A stretch of DNA of 63,584 nt, filler included, from Coriobacteriales bacterium (GTDB lineage: Bacteria > Actinomycetota > Coriobacteriia > Coriobacteriales > UBA8131): NCBI GenBank assembly GCA_031263105.1. It is 7 parts of 7 records of this genome, joined end to end, with 100 filler letters (N's around TTAATTAATTAA, not from the genome) between each part and the next. Parts side by side here need not be neighbours in the genome. Positions count along the whole stretch, not along the records: positions 29,003 to 43,007 come from JAISGJ010000237.1; 6 more parts are not named here. One strand, 5' to 3'. Each line of letters opens with the position of its first letter. Within the stretch, counting starts at the first letter, position 1. Below are positions 29,463 to 38,798 of this stretch, in pieces. The translations under genes and the position numbers were made by a program. Below the pieces are notes generated by a model. The model did no database searches. It saw nothing but the letters and a program-made list of their open reading frames with translations, and was not told where the DNA came from.

Positions 29463-29503
29463 CCTTCCGACCAGCTTTTCTCGATACCGGAAAGGAGAGC
29501 AGA

Positions 29504-29965
29504 ATGGGACGTTTCATATACGAGGTCGTCATCAGACCGGATGAGGGCGGCGAGGGCTTCTGCGTGACCGTCCCCGACCTGGACGGCTGCTTTACACAAG
29601 GCGACACACTCGGCGAGGCCATTGCCATGTCCGCAAGTGCCTTGGAGACCTACGTCGGCGGCATCCTCTTCGACGGCGATGCCGCTCCGATGCCCTCCTT
29701 CGGCCACAGAGCCCCGAAGGGGGGCAGGGTGGTAGCCGTCTCATTCGAGGCCACCGCCGACTCGGTGTCCGATGCCGTGTCCCCTTCCGCTGCGGCGCAG
29801 TCGCTCGGTGTTACACGGGGCCGTGTGTCGCAGATGATCCGCGACGGAGTGCTCGAATCTTACCAAGTGGACGGACGGACACGGGTTACCACGCGTTCGA
29901 TCAACACCCGCTTGGCATCCAGCCCCCAAGCGGGTCGCCCGCGCAAGACGCCGGCACATGCGTGA
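29504..29965 (+). CDS. hicB: HicB antitoxin with C-terminal HTH
   Basis: VTVPDLDGCFTQGDTLGEAI; C-terminal AAQSLGVTRGRVSQMI HTH. Confidence 0.9.
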   Translation: MGRFIYEVVIRPDEGGEGFCVTVPDLDGCFTQGDTLGEAIAMSASALETYVGGILFDGDAAPMPSFGHRAPKGGRVVAVSFEATADSVSDAVSPSAAAQSLGVTRGRVSQMIRDGVLESYQVDGRTRVTTRSINTRLASSPQAGRPRKTPAHA

Positions 29966-30220
29966 GTGAAAGCTGCGGTGGCTCTTGGATTGTTCGCCGT
30001 AAGCGCTTGCAGCCAATCGACACTGCGACCAATCGACACCTATCCACTTCACATGGTGATATCCCTCTAAGGTATACTGTCGAGGTATAGGTGACGCCTG
30101 CAAGAAGAGGGCTGACTGTGTACGCGCTGCGCGTGCGTGTGGGCGACACCTTCTTAGGGCGCTCCGCAGGGGACTTCACATGGGAATCCATGCGGAGCAC
30201 ACGCAGAATGGGGAGCTATC

Positions 30221-32074
30221 ATGACAACCGCAAAGACCGCGTTCCGCAAGGGCCTCGCCTGTCTCTTGGCATCCGCACTGGCGTTCTCCCTAGGTGGCCT
30301 TCCTGCGGCCTTCGGCGTGGAGGCCGATGCTGGAGTCGCCAGCGTTGCTGAGGTCGTCGGGGTCGCCGGGGCCGGGGCCGACGCAAGCGATGCCGCCGGA
30401 GCCGAAACCGAAACAGGCGTGGAGCCGCTGAACGCAAGCGTGGCGGTGCAGGCGACGGATCCCACAGGCTTCACCTACGACATCCGGGCCGATGGCGACA
30501 AGGGCGCGGACTACGGGGCCGGGGCCTACGTCACCGGCTATGACGGCAACGCCTCCAGGGACGTCGTCGTCCCTGCGACCTTGGGCGGGCAGCCCGTGGT
30601 CTACGTCGGACTGGGCGGAGGGACCTCTCCGTCGACGATGCACAACCTGACCTCGCTGAACGTGTCGGCGTGCGCCGATCTGGTGTACCTGCACTGCTCC
30701 AACAACAAGCTCACCACCTTGGATGTGAGCAAGAACGCCAAGCTGGCCTACCTGGACTGCTCCTTCAACGCCCTCGCCACCCTGAACGCAGGCACGAGCA
30801 CCACGCTGGCCTATCTGGACTGCTCCCACAACAAGCTCGCTGCGCTGGACGTGGGCAAGAGCACCAAGCTGGAGTCCCTGGACTGCTCCTACAACAGCCT
30901 CGCCGCCTTGGACGCGAGCAGGAACGTCGCGCTGGTCAAACTGGACTGCGCCCGCAACCTTCTCACCCTGCTGAACGTGAGCGGCTGCACCGCGCTGACC
31001 GAGCTGATCTGCAGCCACAACCTTCTCGCCGCCTTGGATGTGAGCAAAAGCACCCGGCTGACCCACCTGGCCTGCTTCACCAACAAGCTCACCGCGCTGG
31101 ACGTGAGCAGGAACACCGCGCTGCTTAAACTGGAGTGCCAGAGCAACGCCCTCACAGCACTGAACGTGAGCGCGAACACGGCGCTGGACCGTCTGGAGTG
31201 CCAGAGCAACGCCCTCACCATGCTGGATGTAACCAAGAACCCCCGCCTGACCTATCTGGCCTGTCTCGGCAACAGGCTCTCCGCCCTGGACATACGCAAG
31301 AACACCGCGCTTGCGGGACTGACCTGCGCCTACAACCGCATCCCCGACTCGACGGCGCGCCGTGCGATCGTCGCCCGCTTCGGCACTGCGTGGATCCTGC
31401 CGCAGGTGTTCGACATCGCCTTCGACAGCCGGAGCGGCAGTGCGGCGGCAGGCCGCTCCGTCGAGGAGGGTGCGGCCTTGGGCAAGCTGCCTGCACCCAA
31501 GCGCACCGGCTACGCCTTCGGCGGCTGGTACACGAGGCCCTCGGGCGGCGAGAGGGTGACGGACGCCACGAAGGCCACGACGAACACGACCTACTACGCG
31601 CACTGGAAGGCCAACAGCTACGCCATCGCCTTCAACGCCAACGGCGGGAAGGTCGCCGGCAAGGCGACCGCCTCCGTGACGAGGCCCCACGGCGGCACCC
31701 TCGCCAAGCTGCCGACCGCCTCCCGTGCAGGCCACACGTTCCTCGGCTGGTACACCGGCAAGGTGAAGGGCACGAAGGTCACAGTCAAGACGAAGGTCAC
31801 CAAGGCCGCCACCTACTACGCGCACTGGAAGGCCAACACCTACACCGTGAAGTTCAACGCCAACGGCGGCAAGGTGGGCAAGGGCAAGGGGGCCGCGACC
31901 TACACCACGAAGAGGACCTACAGCTCGAAGGTCGGCAAGCTGCCCGTGCCCAAGCGCTCGGGCTACAAGTTCCTCGGCTGGTACACCGGCAAGGTGAAGG
32001 GCGCAAAGGCGTCAGGCGCTGCCAAGGTGACCAAGAGCGTCACCTACTACGCGCACTGGAGGAAGACAAGGTAG
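30221..32074 (+). CDS. secreted leucine-rich repeat protein with InlB B-repeats (internalin-like)
   Basis: Signal peptide; about 11 21-aa LxxLxCxxNxLxxLDVS repeats; three F.GWYT...TYYAHW repeats. Confidence 0.9.
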   Translation: MTTAKTAFRKGLACLLASALAFSLGGLPAAFGVEADAGVASVAEVVGVAGAGADASDAAGAETETGVEPLNASVAVQATDPTGFTYDIRADGDKGADYGAGAYVTGYDGNASRDVVVPATLGGQPVVYVGLGGGTSPSTMHNLTSLNVSACADLVYLHCSNNKLTTLDVSKNAKLAYLDCSFNALATLNAGTSTTLAYLDCSHNKLAALDVGKSTKLESLDCSYNSLAALDASRNVALVKLDCARNLLTLLNVSGCTALTELICSHNLLAALDVSKSTRLTHLACFTNKLTALDVSRNTALLKLECQSNALTALNVSANTALDRLECQSNALTMLDVTKNPRLTYLACLGNRLSALDIRKNTALAGLTCAYNRIPDSTARRAIVARFGTAWILPQVFDIAFDSRSGSAAAGRSVEEGAALGKLPAPKRTGYAFGGWYTRPSGGERVTDATKATTNTTYYAHWKANSYAIAFNANGGKVAGKATASVTRPHGGTLAKLPTASRAGHTFLGWYTGKVKGTKVTVKTKVTKAATYYAHWKANTYTVKFNANGGKVGKGKGAATYTTKRTYSSKVGKLPVPKRSGYKFLGWYTGKVKGAKASGAAKVTKSVTYYAHWRKTR

Positions 32075-32095
32075 CAGCACTCGTGGCCTGTCCGT

Positions 32096-33046
32096 TCAGA
32101 TGCCCTGTCCTTTGGCGATCCTCTCCAGGCCGTCGAAGGCGTCTGAAAGTCCGCTTGGTATCACGACCAGGCCGCCTTTGTCCTTGACGCTGTTCGACAC
32201 GAAGCTCATCGCCCGCAGCTGCAGCGCGGCGTCTTCCTGCTTGTAGACTCTGGCGGCATCGACGAACATCTCGGATATCTCCTTTTCCACCTCCGCCAGA
32301 ATGACGCGGGCGTTGTACTCGCGTTCCGCCTGCGCCTCGACGGACAGCACGTTCTGAAGCTCCATCGGGATCACGATGTCCCTGATCTCCACCGACACGG
32401 TCGTTATGCCCCAGTCCCGCATCTTCGCCTCGAGGACGGACTTCACCTCCTTGTCGAGTTGGACGCGCCGTGTGCTCATCTGGGCGATGCTCATCCCCCC
32501 GATGGCGTCCCTGAGCGTCGTTTGGGATATCCAGAACACCGACTCCTCGAAGTTCTTTATCTCGGTGCAGGCCTTCCCTGCGTCCCAGACGAGCCAGAAC
32601 AGGACGGCGTCCACGTTGACAGGGACCAGGTCGGAGGTCAGGACGCGCTCCGCCTTGAAGACGGTCGAGCGCAGACGGAGGTCGACAACGGCCGTGACGT
32701 ATTCGACCAACGGAATCGTGAAGAAGATGCCCGACCCTCTCACCCTGTTCAACTTGCCGAAACGCAGCACCACCCCGTGCTCCCATTCAAGGATGATATG
32801 CGTGCTGAGAAACACCGACGCTGCCAGCACCAGCCCGACAACGAGCAGCAACGCAGACGACAGCTGCCAAGCGATGGCGGCGCAGGCGGCCAGGACCACG
32901 AGGGCAAACGTGGCGCGGAACGCCAATGCGCCTATGCGGGACGTCGTCGTCTTCCTGAAGTCGGGCACGTCGTCATTCGGTGACGCGACGCCCGCTCCAA
33001 GGCCCAGTCCGGCCTCGTAGTCCTCAAGTGCCCTCTTCTCGCTCAT
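32096..33046 (-). CDS. SPFH/band 7 (slipin/stomatin-like) membrane protein
   Basis: WEHGVVLRFGK, VPVNVDAVLFW, QTTLRDAIG, WGITTVSVEIRDI, AQAERE. Confidence 0.92.
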   Translation of the reverse strand: MSEKRALEDYEAGLGLGAGVASPNDDVPDFRKTTTSRIGALAFRATFALVVLAACAAIAWQLSSALLLVVGLVLAASVFLSTHIILEWEHGVVLRFGKLNRVRGSGIFFTIPLVEYVTAVVDLRLRSTVFKAERVLTSDLVPVNVDAVLFWLVWDAGKACTEIKNFEESVFWISQTTLRDAIGGMSIAQMSTRRVQLDKEVKSVLEAKMRDWGITTVSVEIRDIVIPMELQNVLSVEAQAEREYNARVILAEVEKEISEMFVDAARVYKQEDAALQLRAMSFVSNSVKDKGGLVVIPSGLSDAFDGLERIAKGQGI

Positions 33047-33047
33047 C

Positions 33048-33455
33048 TCAGCCTCCCTGTTCCTCGTATGACGCGAATCGCTGCTGGGTGCGAACCTGCA
33101 CCTCTTCGAGGTCGATGTTCTCGTCGCGTGCCACGCGGACAAGCTCCTCGATGATCACATCGACAGGGGAATCCGGCAGCTGCAGAAACCTGGTGTCCAC
33201 CTGGGCGACGAACGACCGCTTGCCTTTGCTCGAGCATATCAGCCCCTCTGTCTCCAGGTCCTGGTACACCTTGTGCACCGTGTTGTAGTTCACGCCAAGC
33301 GTGGTCGCCAGCTCACGGACCGTCGGCAGGACATCGCCCGCCCGATACTGCTCCGTCTTGATGAGGAAGAACAGCCAGTTACGAATCTGCACCCAGACCG
33401 GAATGCCGGAGCTTTCGTTTATCTGCAAGGGCTCGAACACGAACGACTCTTCCAT
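33048..33455 (-). CDS. GntR (YtrA-like) transcriptional regulator
   Basis: PVWVQI...LPTVRELA..LGVNYNTVHKVYQDL wHTH, short C-terminus. Confidence 0.93.
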   Translation of the reverse strand: MEESFVFEPLQINESSGIPVWVQIRNWLFFLIKTEQYRAGDVLPTVRELATTLGVNYNTVHKVYQDLETEGLICSSKGKRSFVAQVDTRFLQLPDSPVDVIIEELVRVARDENIDLEEVQVRTQQRFASYEEQGG

Positions 33456-33580
33456 GCGTTACGGACTTCAGGCGAACTATCATACACATACATGATACCA
33501 TGTATGAGAGCGCTGCGGACGTTGTTCCGAGCGGACGCGGCGGACATGACGCGGCGGGCAAGCCGGGCAAAGCGGGGCGG

Positions 33581-33801
33581 GCTACTGACGCCCCCACTGT
33601 CATTCCGAGCCTGTCGAGGAATCTTCGACCGTGCCAGCGGTCGACCGCAGGTCGAAGTGCCCCCCGGCCTGCCGTTGGTCGCTTCGCGTTCCGTGGGCCT
33701 GCCGGCCCGTCCTCGCTGAAAACGCGGTACGTTTTCCGGGCGCTCGGACCCAAAGATTCCTCGGCAGGCTCGGAATGACAGTGGGGACGTGGGCAGTAAC
33801 G
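33581..33801. repeat. REP/MITE-like element, full copy
   Basis: About 34-bp inverted arms CCCCACTGTCATTCCGAGCCTGTCGAGGAATCTT / AAGATTCCTCGGCAGGCTCGGAATGACAGTGGGG; core shared with 43154-43380 and 57726-57940. Confidence 0.92.
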
Positions 33802-33871
33802 GCGGGCGGCGCGGCGGGCGGGGCGGCGGGCAGGGCGGCGCACACGGCGCACACGACACAGCGAGGGAGCA

Positions 33872-34843
33872 GTGCTACAGACTTCTTTTGGCATAGCGAC
33901 GGTTGCCTACCTCTGCCTTGGGGCTGCCGCATCAGGAGCGGCCGGCATCGCCGCCGCTTCCTACATCCATTCGGGCGCACGGTCTGCCTTCGCAATCAAG
34001 GCGAGCCTATGGACGGCACTGGCCTCCCTGCTCGTCGGCATGGGATGCCTCTTTGTTGATCTGGGCAGGCCGCTGCTGGCCCTGAACATCTCCTTCTTCT
34101 CGAACTTCACCTCATGGGCCGCCCGTGGCTTCTGGCTCCTGCTTGCCTCGCTGCCCGTCTACACCCTGCTGCTCATCGTCGTCTCACGAGCCCCTTCCAA
34201 GGCCTTGGCCTCACGCTGGGGCTTTTATAGGCGCAACCGGAACGGCATAGCCAGGGCACTCTCATGGCTTACCCTCCTGCTCAGCATATCGCTGGCCCTC
34301 TATACCGGCTTTTTGCTGTATGAGAGCTTCGGGGTTCCCTTTTGGAGGACCCCGCTTCTGCCAACGCTGTTCCTCTGCGGCTCGGCGAATATTGGGCTCT
34401 GCCTGTTCCTGGGGATACAATCCTGGCATCCGTCCACACGAAATCCCCCGAGGCGGCGAGGCTTGCCGGGCGTCAGGCCCGCCACGCACGCCACGTCCGC
34501 CAGAACCGCCACCTCCACCAGGCCCGCAGCGCCTGCAGCGGTCGTCGCGCTTCTTGCCGAGGCGGCCGTGCTTGCGCTCTATCTCGTCTGGGCAAGCGCG
34601 AGTCCAGTCGAAGCCGCAGCCCAATCGTTCGCCCGCCTGGCATTCGGGGAGCTCTCCGCACTGTTCTGGCTGGGCATCGTCCTCGCCGGCCTCCTCCTCC
34701 CCTTTTTCGCCACCCTGCTCGGAGCCTCACAACTGGGGAGGCGACATGCGGCAGCCTTCGCAACCCTCGCCCTGCTCGGCACCGCCATCGGCCTTGCAGC
34801 CCTGCGCTACGGGATAGTGTTCTCCGGGATCACCCAGTACTGA
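33872..34843 (+). CDS. NrfD/PsrC-like membrane anchor protein
   Basis: AYLCLGAAASG, FVDLGRP, SWAARG, YTGFLL...PFWRTPLLP, FWLG motifs. Confidence 0.82.
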   Translation: MLQTSFGIATVAYLCLGAAASGAAGIAAASYIHSGARSAFAIKASLWTALASLLVGMGCLFVDLGRPLLALNISFFSNFTSWAARGFWLLLASLPVYTLLLIVVSRAPSKALASRWGFYRRNRNGIARALSWLTLLLSISLALYTGFLLYESFGVPFWRTPLLPTLFLCGSANIGLCLFLGIQSWHPSTRNPPRRRGLPGVRPATHATSARTATSTRPAAPAAVVALLAEAAVLALYLVWASASPVEAAAQSFARLAFGELSALFWLGIVLAGLLLPFFATLLGASQLGRRHAAAFATLALLGTAIGLAALRYGIVFSGITQY

Positions 34844-34906
34844 GGCGACACGGACGCTTGACAGAATTTCTATCGATAGGGACACTGTTTTACAAGGAGG
34901 TTATCG

Positions 34907-35158
34907 ATGGACACGAGCGTTGTTACCCTGTCAAGCAAATATCAAGTCGTCATCCCCCGCAGGATACGGGAGGCCGCAGGCCTGCGGACCGGCTCCTCGT
35001 TCGAGGTGATTTTCTACGACAACCGAATCGAGCTTATCCCTCTGCGGCCTCTCAGGGCACTCAAAGGGGTGTTCGAGGGAATCGACACCGTCGTCACGCG
35101 GGAGCCCGACAGGCGCAGCTCGTCAGCATGTTCGAGCGCCTCGTCTATATCAGTATAG
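34907..35158 (+). CDS. AbrB/MazE-type antitoxin (orphan; C-terminus reads into the opposite gene)
   Basis: VTLSSKYQVVIPRRIREAAGL; RBS AAGGAGG. Confidence 0.85.
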   Translation: MDTSVVTLSSKYQVVIPRRIREAAGLRTGSSFEVIFYDNRIELIPLRPLRALKGVFEGIDTVVTREPDRRSSSACSSASSISV

Positions 35159-35388
35159 AAGTTGCCGGTTCGTATGTCCGCCAATCCGCGTCCGATTGCC
35201 TCGCCCAAACGCGCCTCGAAGACGGCGTCTTCACGTTCACGTCTGACATACTCGGCGAAGGTCTCCTCGGAACAAAACACATAGGCTGCACTGCCGTTCT
35301 CGGTGATGTGGACGATATCATTCGCCGCCCTCTCACGAAGTTCTTTGGGGTTGTGCTGTAGCGCGGCTATAGGGTAAATGGCTGTCAT
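35014..35388 (-). CDS. Phd/YefM-type antitoxin (orphan; C-terminus reads into the opposite gene)
   Basis: IYPIAALQHN...VHITENGSAAYV...GLADIRTG pattern. Confidence 0.75.
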   Translation of the reverse strand: MTAIYPIAALQHNPKELRERAANDIVHITENGSAAYVFCSEETFAEYVRREREDAVFEARLGEAIGRGLADIRTGNFYTDIDEALEHADELRLSGSRVTTVSIPSNTPLSALRGRRGISSIRLS

Positions 35389-35453
35389 GCCCACCCCTCA
35401 CAAGGGCAAACAATGGGACATATAGTCACTAATGGTACTGCATGCAAAGATGA

Positions 35454-35726
35454 TTAGACGAACGTGACCCTCAATTCCTTGCCCAGCCCACGGGCGAGGG
35501 CGTTGAGCGTATCGAGGGTCGGGCTACATTGGCCGTGCTCCAGACGGCTGATGTTCGGCTGTCTGATACCCGTGCGCTCCGCAAGTTCCTTTTGGGTCAG
35601 ACCCTGCTCGATACGTGCCTCAACCAGAAGTTTCATGACCTCGTACTCGGGCTTGATTCTCTCCCACTCCTCAGCAAATGCAGGGTTTTCCAATTGCCTG
35701 CTCAAATAGTCCTGCAAATCACTCAT
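35454..35726 (-). CDS. HigA-like XRE HTH antitoxin
   Basis: ARIEQGLTQKELAERTGIRQPNISRLE. Confidence 0.9.
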   Translation of the reverse strand: MSDLQDYLSRQLENPAFAEEWERIKPEYEVMKLLVEARIEQGLTQKELAERTGIRQPNISRLEHGQCSPTLDTLNALARGLGKELRVTFV

Positions 35727-36096
35727 CTTTCATCACCTGCCTGTCGTTTCCTGCCGACTCTCGTTTCACAAAGTCACCTTTGTACCTCAACGCCCTTTCT
35801 ATCTCTGCGCACGGCGTTTTCTGTGTCTTTTTGACAAACCCATGTGTTGCTATTATGCGCCTGCCGACATAAAAGAAATAGAATACGTGAGCTATGTTTG
35901 ACGACCGTTTTATTCGTAGCTCAAATATGCCACCCTCGATATGCTTAGAATACGGCTCACGCAACTGATTGCCTTGTTCTTCCAGTAATGACAGCTCTTG
36001 GACGGCCTTTGCCCTAATCTTGTCATCCAAACTGTCGAGGAAGACCTCAACGGGTTTGGAGCCGTCATCAAGCGTGTAGAAGTCAAGTTCGAACAT
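35719..36096 (-). CDS. HigB/RelE (Gp49-like) toxin
   Basis: PVEVFLDSL, LREPYSKHI..IFELRI, HGFVKKTQKTP..EIERA; upstream of the HTH gene. Confidence 0.9.
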   Translation of the reverse strand: MFELDFYTLDDGSKPVEVFLDSLDDKIRAKAVQELSLLEEQGNQLREPYSKHIEGGIFELRIKRSSNIAHVFYFFYVGRRIIATHGFVKKTQKTPCAEIERALRYKGDFVKRESAGNDRQVMKDE

Positions 36097-36238
36097 GCCT
36101 ACGCTTTTCTCTTCTGTCGGACAACTCAAAATATATCACGCATACTATATTTGTCAAAGGCGCGCGAGGAGGGAAGAGGATTGGCGCCCTGTGGACGACA
36201 CCGCCACAGTATCCCCAAGTTCGGACAATCCGACTGTA

Positions 36239-36285
36239 TTGACCATCATACATGCGTATGATACTCTATCATAGGAGTGTATGAT
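36239..36285 (+). promoter_or_regulatory. promoter with two 18-bp palindromic operators
   Basis: TTGACC-17-TACTCT; ATCATAC-N4-GTATGAT (36245-36262) and ATCATAG-N4-GTATGAT (36268-36285). Confidence 0.7.
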
Positions 36286-36341
36286 ACTTCGTCTTGACAT
36301 GAAGCCGAGCCTCGGCTTCCCTGAAGGCAAAGGAGGGTCTT

Positions 36342-38798
36342 ATGCAGGATGGACGGTTGCAATCGCCAGTGCTGGACAGACGCAGTTTTGTGAAAGCCGG
36401 TGCGCTTGGGGCGACGCTTGTTACGGCCGGAGCGGCGGGGATGCTCTCGTTCGACAGCTGGCTGGAAGAGGCCAGCGCCGAGCCAGAAGAAAAAGTCGCA
36501 TATCTACGGCACCAGTTTCACTGTCTGGGCGGCTGCTGTCTCAAGTGCACCGTGCGTGACGGTCGCATGGTGCTGATAGAACCAAACAATGCTTTGGCTC
36601 CTGAGGATCAAAAAATCTGTTTACGTGGCATCAACGAGATACAGCATGTTTACAGTGCCGATCGTATCCAAACTCCCCTGAAGCGAGTAGGCGAGCGTGG
36701 TAATGGTGAATTTGTCGCCATTACGTGGGACGAGGCGTTGGAAACAATCGCAGCCGCACTTAAGGAGTCCCAGGAAAAATATGGCGAGAACTCCGTCTTC
36801 GTAAGAAAATCGACGGAAGCAAGCGCCGCGCTGTCATGGTACGAGTTCTTTCCGTCGTTGATACATGCCGAGACAGGCGGGCGGTGGGGCCTGGATCGCG
36901 GTCAGGCCAATGGTTTGGTGCCGGCAGTCGGCGCTTACATACCGCCGGTCTCAAAAGACGACTTTGCCAAGGCAAAGACGATTATCAACCTTGGCATCAA
37001 TATGGCAGAAAGCAGCATGACGTGGTCGCATATGCTCTTCGAGGCCAAAGAGGCGGGAGCAAAACTGATTACCGTTGATCCGCGCTTCAGTCCCACTGCG
37101 TCTAAGTCGCATCAGTACGTGCCCATCAAGCCCGGCACCGACGCTGCCTTGATTCTTGGCATGATCACCGCAATCATTGAAAAGGAGTGGTACGACGAGG
37201 AATTCATGAGTGCCAATACCTCCCTTCCCTGGCTCATCGACGACAGGACCGGCAAGATTGTCTCCGAAGAGGAGCAGGCGGTTGACGAGGAAACCGGTGA
37301 ACCCCTGACTGACGAGGCGACCAACGAACCTGTAATGAAAACAATCCCTCTCGTTTGGGACACCAAGAGCAAGGGTGTCAAGCGATATAACACAGAAGAC
37401 ATCGAGCCGGCTCTCACGGGCAGCTATACCGCCGATGGCGTTAAGGCTACACCGCAATTCGACGTGCTTAAAACGCAGCTTTCCGCATACACCCTTGACT
37501 GGGCAACAGAAACGTCAGGCGTCGATGCCGAGGTTATCATAGGCTTGGCCGATGAGTATGCGAATCACGGCCCATCGACCATCAACTTTGGTTTGGGCGG
37601 CCCGGACAAGTATACCAACGCGGATGTCTTAGGGCATTCCCTTGCTGTCGTGGCCGCCCTGACGGGCAACTACGGCAAGGAGGGCGCCTGGGTCGGCTAC
37701 TACGGATCAGGTGCCACAACCCATTATGCCGCGACCGGCTGGTGGGCCTTGCCGGAAGAGTTTGCTCCTGGCGACAGCGGCACCGCGATGTATGACTTTC
37801 CGTATGAGGACAACAACGTACATGCCGCCCTTACGTTCGGTGATGCGTTTACCCTTGAGTCGGGCAACGCAAACGCGATGCTTGAGTGGGTCAAAGGATT
37901 GGATTTCTTTGCCATCTGCGATATCTATTACTCGTCAGCAGTTGACTATGCCGATATCGTGCTGCCTGCTTGCACCAAGTTCGAGAGTGTGGAAGAGTGG
38001 AACTCGGTACGTGACGGGAACAATTATGTCTCACTTTCGCAAAAGGCCATCGACCCGCTCTTTGAGAGCAAGACCAACTTGGAAGTCGAACTGCTGCTTG
38101 CGGCTCAGTGGGGGTTGGACCAACATTTGCCTCAGAGCTACGAGGAGCTGGCCCGATTCATGCTTGACGAGACGGGCGGCGCCAATATAAAAGGCGCAAC
38201 ATTCGAGTCTTTGCAGAAATCGCAAGGGGTGTTCCGAGTCATTGGTTCCGAAGAGCCCATCTTGGGCCCGCGCGACCAAATCTACCCCACCCCTTCAACC
38301 AAGATTGAGCTCTACTACGAGAATCAACTTGAGACGAATCAGGCCTTCCCACAGTACGAGCTGCCCAACGAGGCCTTTGATGCGAATCCCAAAAAGGAGG
38401 AGTATCCCTTGGTCTTCATGCAAGGCAAGACGCGCTACCGCATCCACGCCTACTACAGTGCCTCGTCGTGGTTCAGCGAATACTACGTGCCGGCCGTCAA
38501 CATCAGCCCCAAAGACGCAGAGGCTCGCGGTATTGTCACCGGTGACGACGTGCGCGTTTCCAACGACCGTGGCACCTTCATAGCTCAGGCCTTGGTTAAC
38601 AATGCCATTCGAGAAGGCACGTTGTTCATGGCAGAAACCACCTACACGCGTTATTACAAGGAGGGCTTTCTCCAAAACGTTACCAACTCGGCTCGTAACG
38701 AGCGATGCTATCCGATGATCTATGGCCCGCAGATCCCGTTCAACGACACCCTGGTCGAGGTCCGCAAAGCCTCTGCGAGCGAAGGAGGCGCATCATGA
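36342..38798 (+). CDS. Tat-exported DMSO-reductase-family molybdopterin oxidoreductase catalytic subunit
   Basis: DRRSFVK Tat motif, HQFHCLGGC..ICLRG FS0, RIQTPLKRVGERG, DPRFS, PGTDAAL, ADIVLP, RYRIHA. Confidence 0.92.
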   Translation: MQDGRLQSPVLDRRSFVKAGALGATLVTAGAAGMLSFDSWLEEASAEPEEKVAYLRHQFHCLGGCCLKCTVRDGRMVLIEPNNALAPEDQKICLRGINEIQHVYSADRIQTPLKRVGERGNGEFVAITWDEALETIAAALKESQEKYGENSVFVRKSTEASAALSWYEFFPSLIHAETGGRWGLDRGQANGLVPAVGAYIPPVSKDDFAKAKTIINLGINMAESSMTWSHMLFEAKEAGAKLITVDPRFSPTASKSHQYVPIKPGTDAALILGMITAIIEKEWYDEEFMSANTSLPWLIDDRTGKIVSEEEQAVDEETGEPLTDEATNEPVMKTIPLVWDTKSKGVKRYNTEDIEPALTGSYTADGVKATPQFDVLKTQLSAYTLDWATETSGVDAEVIIGLADEYANHGPSTINFGLGGPDKYTNADVLGHSLAVVAALTGNYGKEGAWVGYYGSGATTHYAATGWWALPEEFAPGDSGTAMYDFPYEDNNVHAALTFGDAFTLESGNANAMLEWVKGLDFFAICDIYYSSAVDYADIVLPACTKFESVEEWNSVRDGNNYVSLSQKAIDPLFESKTNLEVELLLAAQWGLDQHLPQSYEELARFMLDETGGANIKGATFESLQKSQGVFRVIGSEEPILGPRDQIYPTPSTKIELYYENQLETNQAFPQYELPNEAFDANPKKEEYPLVFMQGKTRYRIHAYYSASSWFSEYYVPAVNISPKDAEARGIVTGDDVRVSNDRGTFIAQALVNNAIREGTLFMAETTYTRYYKEGFLQNVTNSARNERCYPMIYGPQIPFNDTLVEVRKASASEGGAS

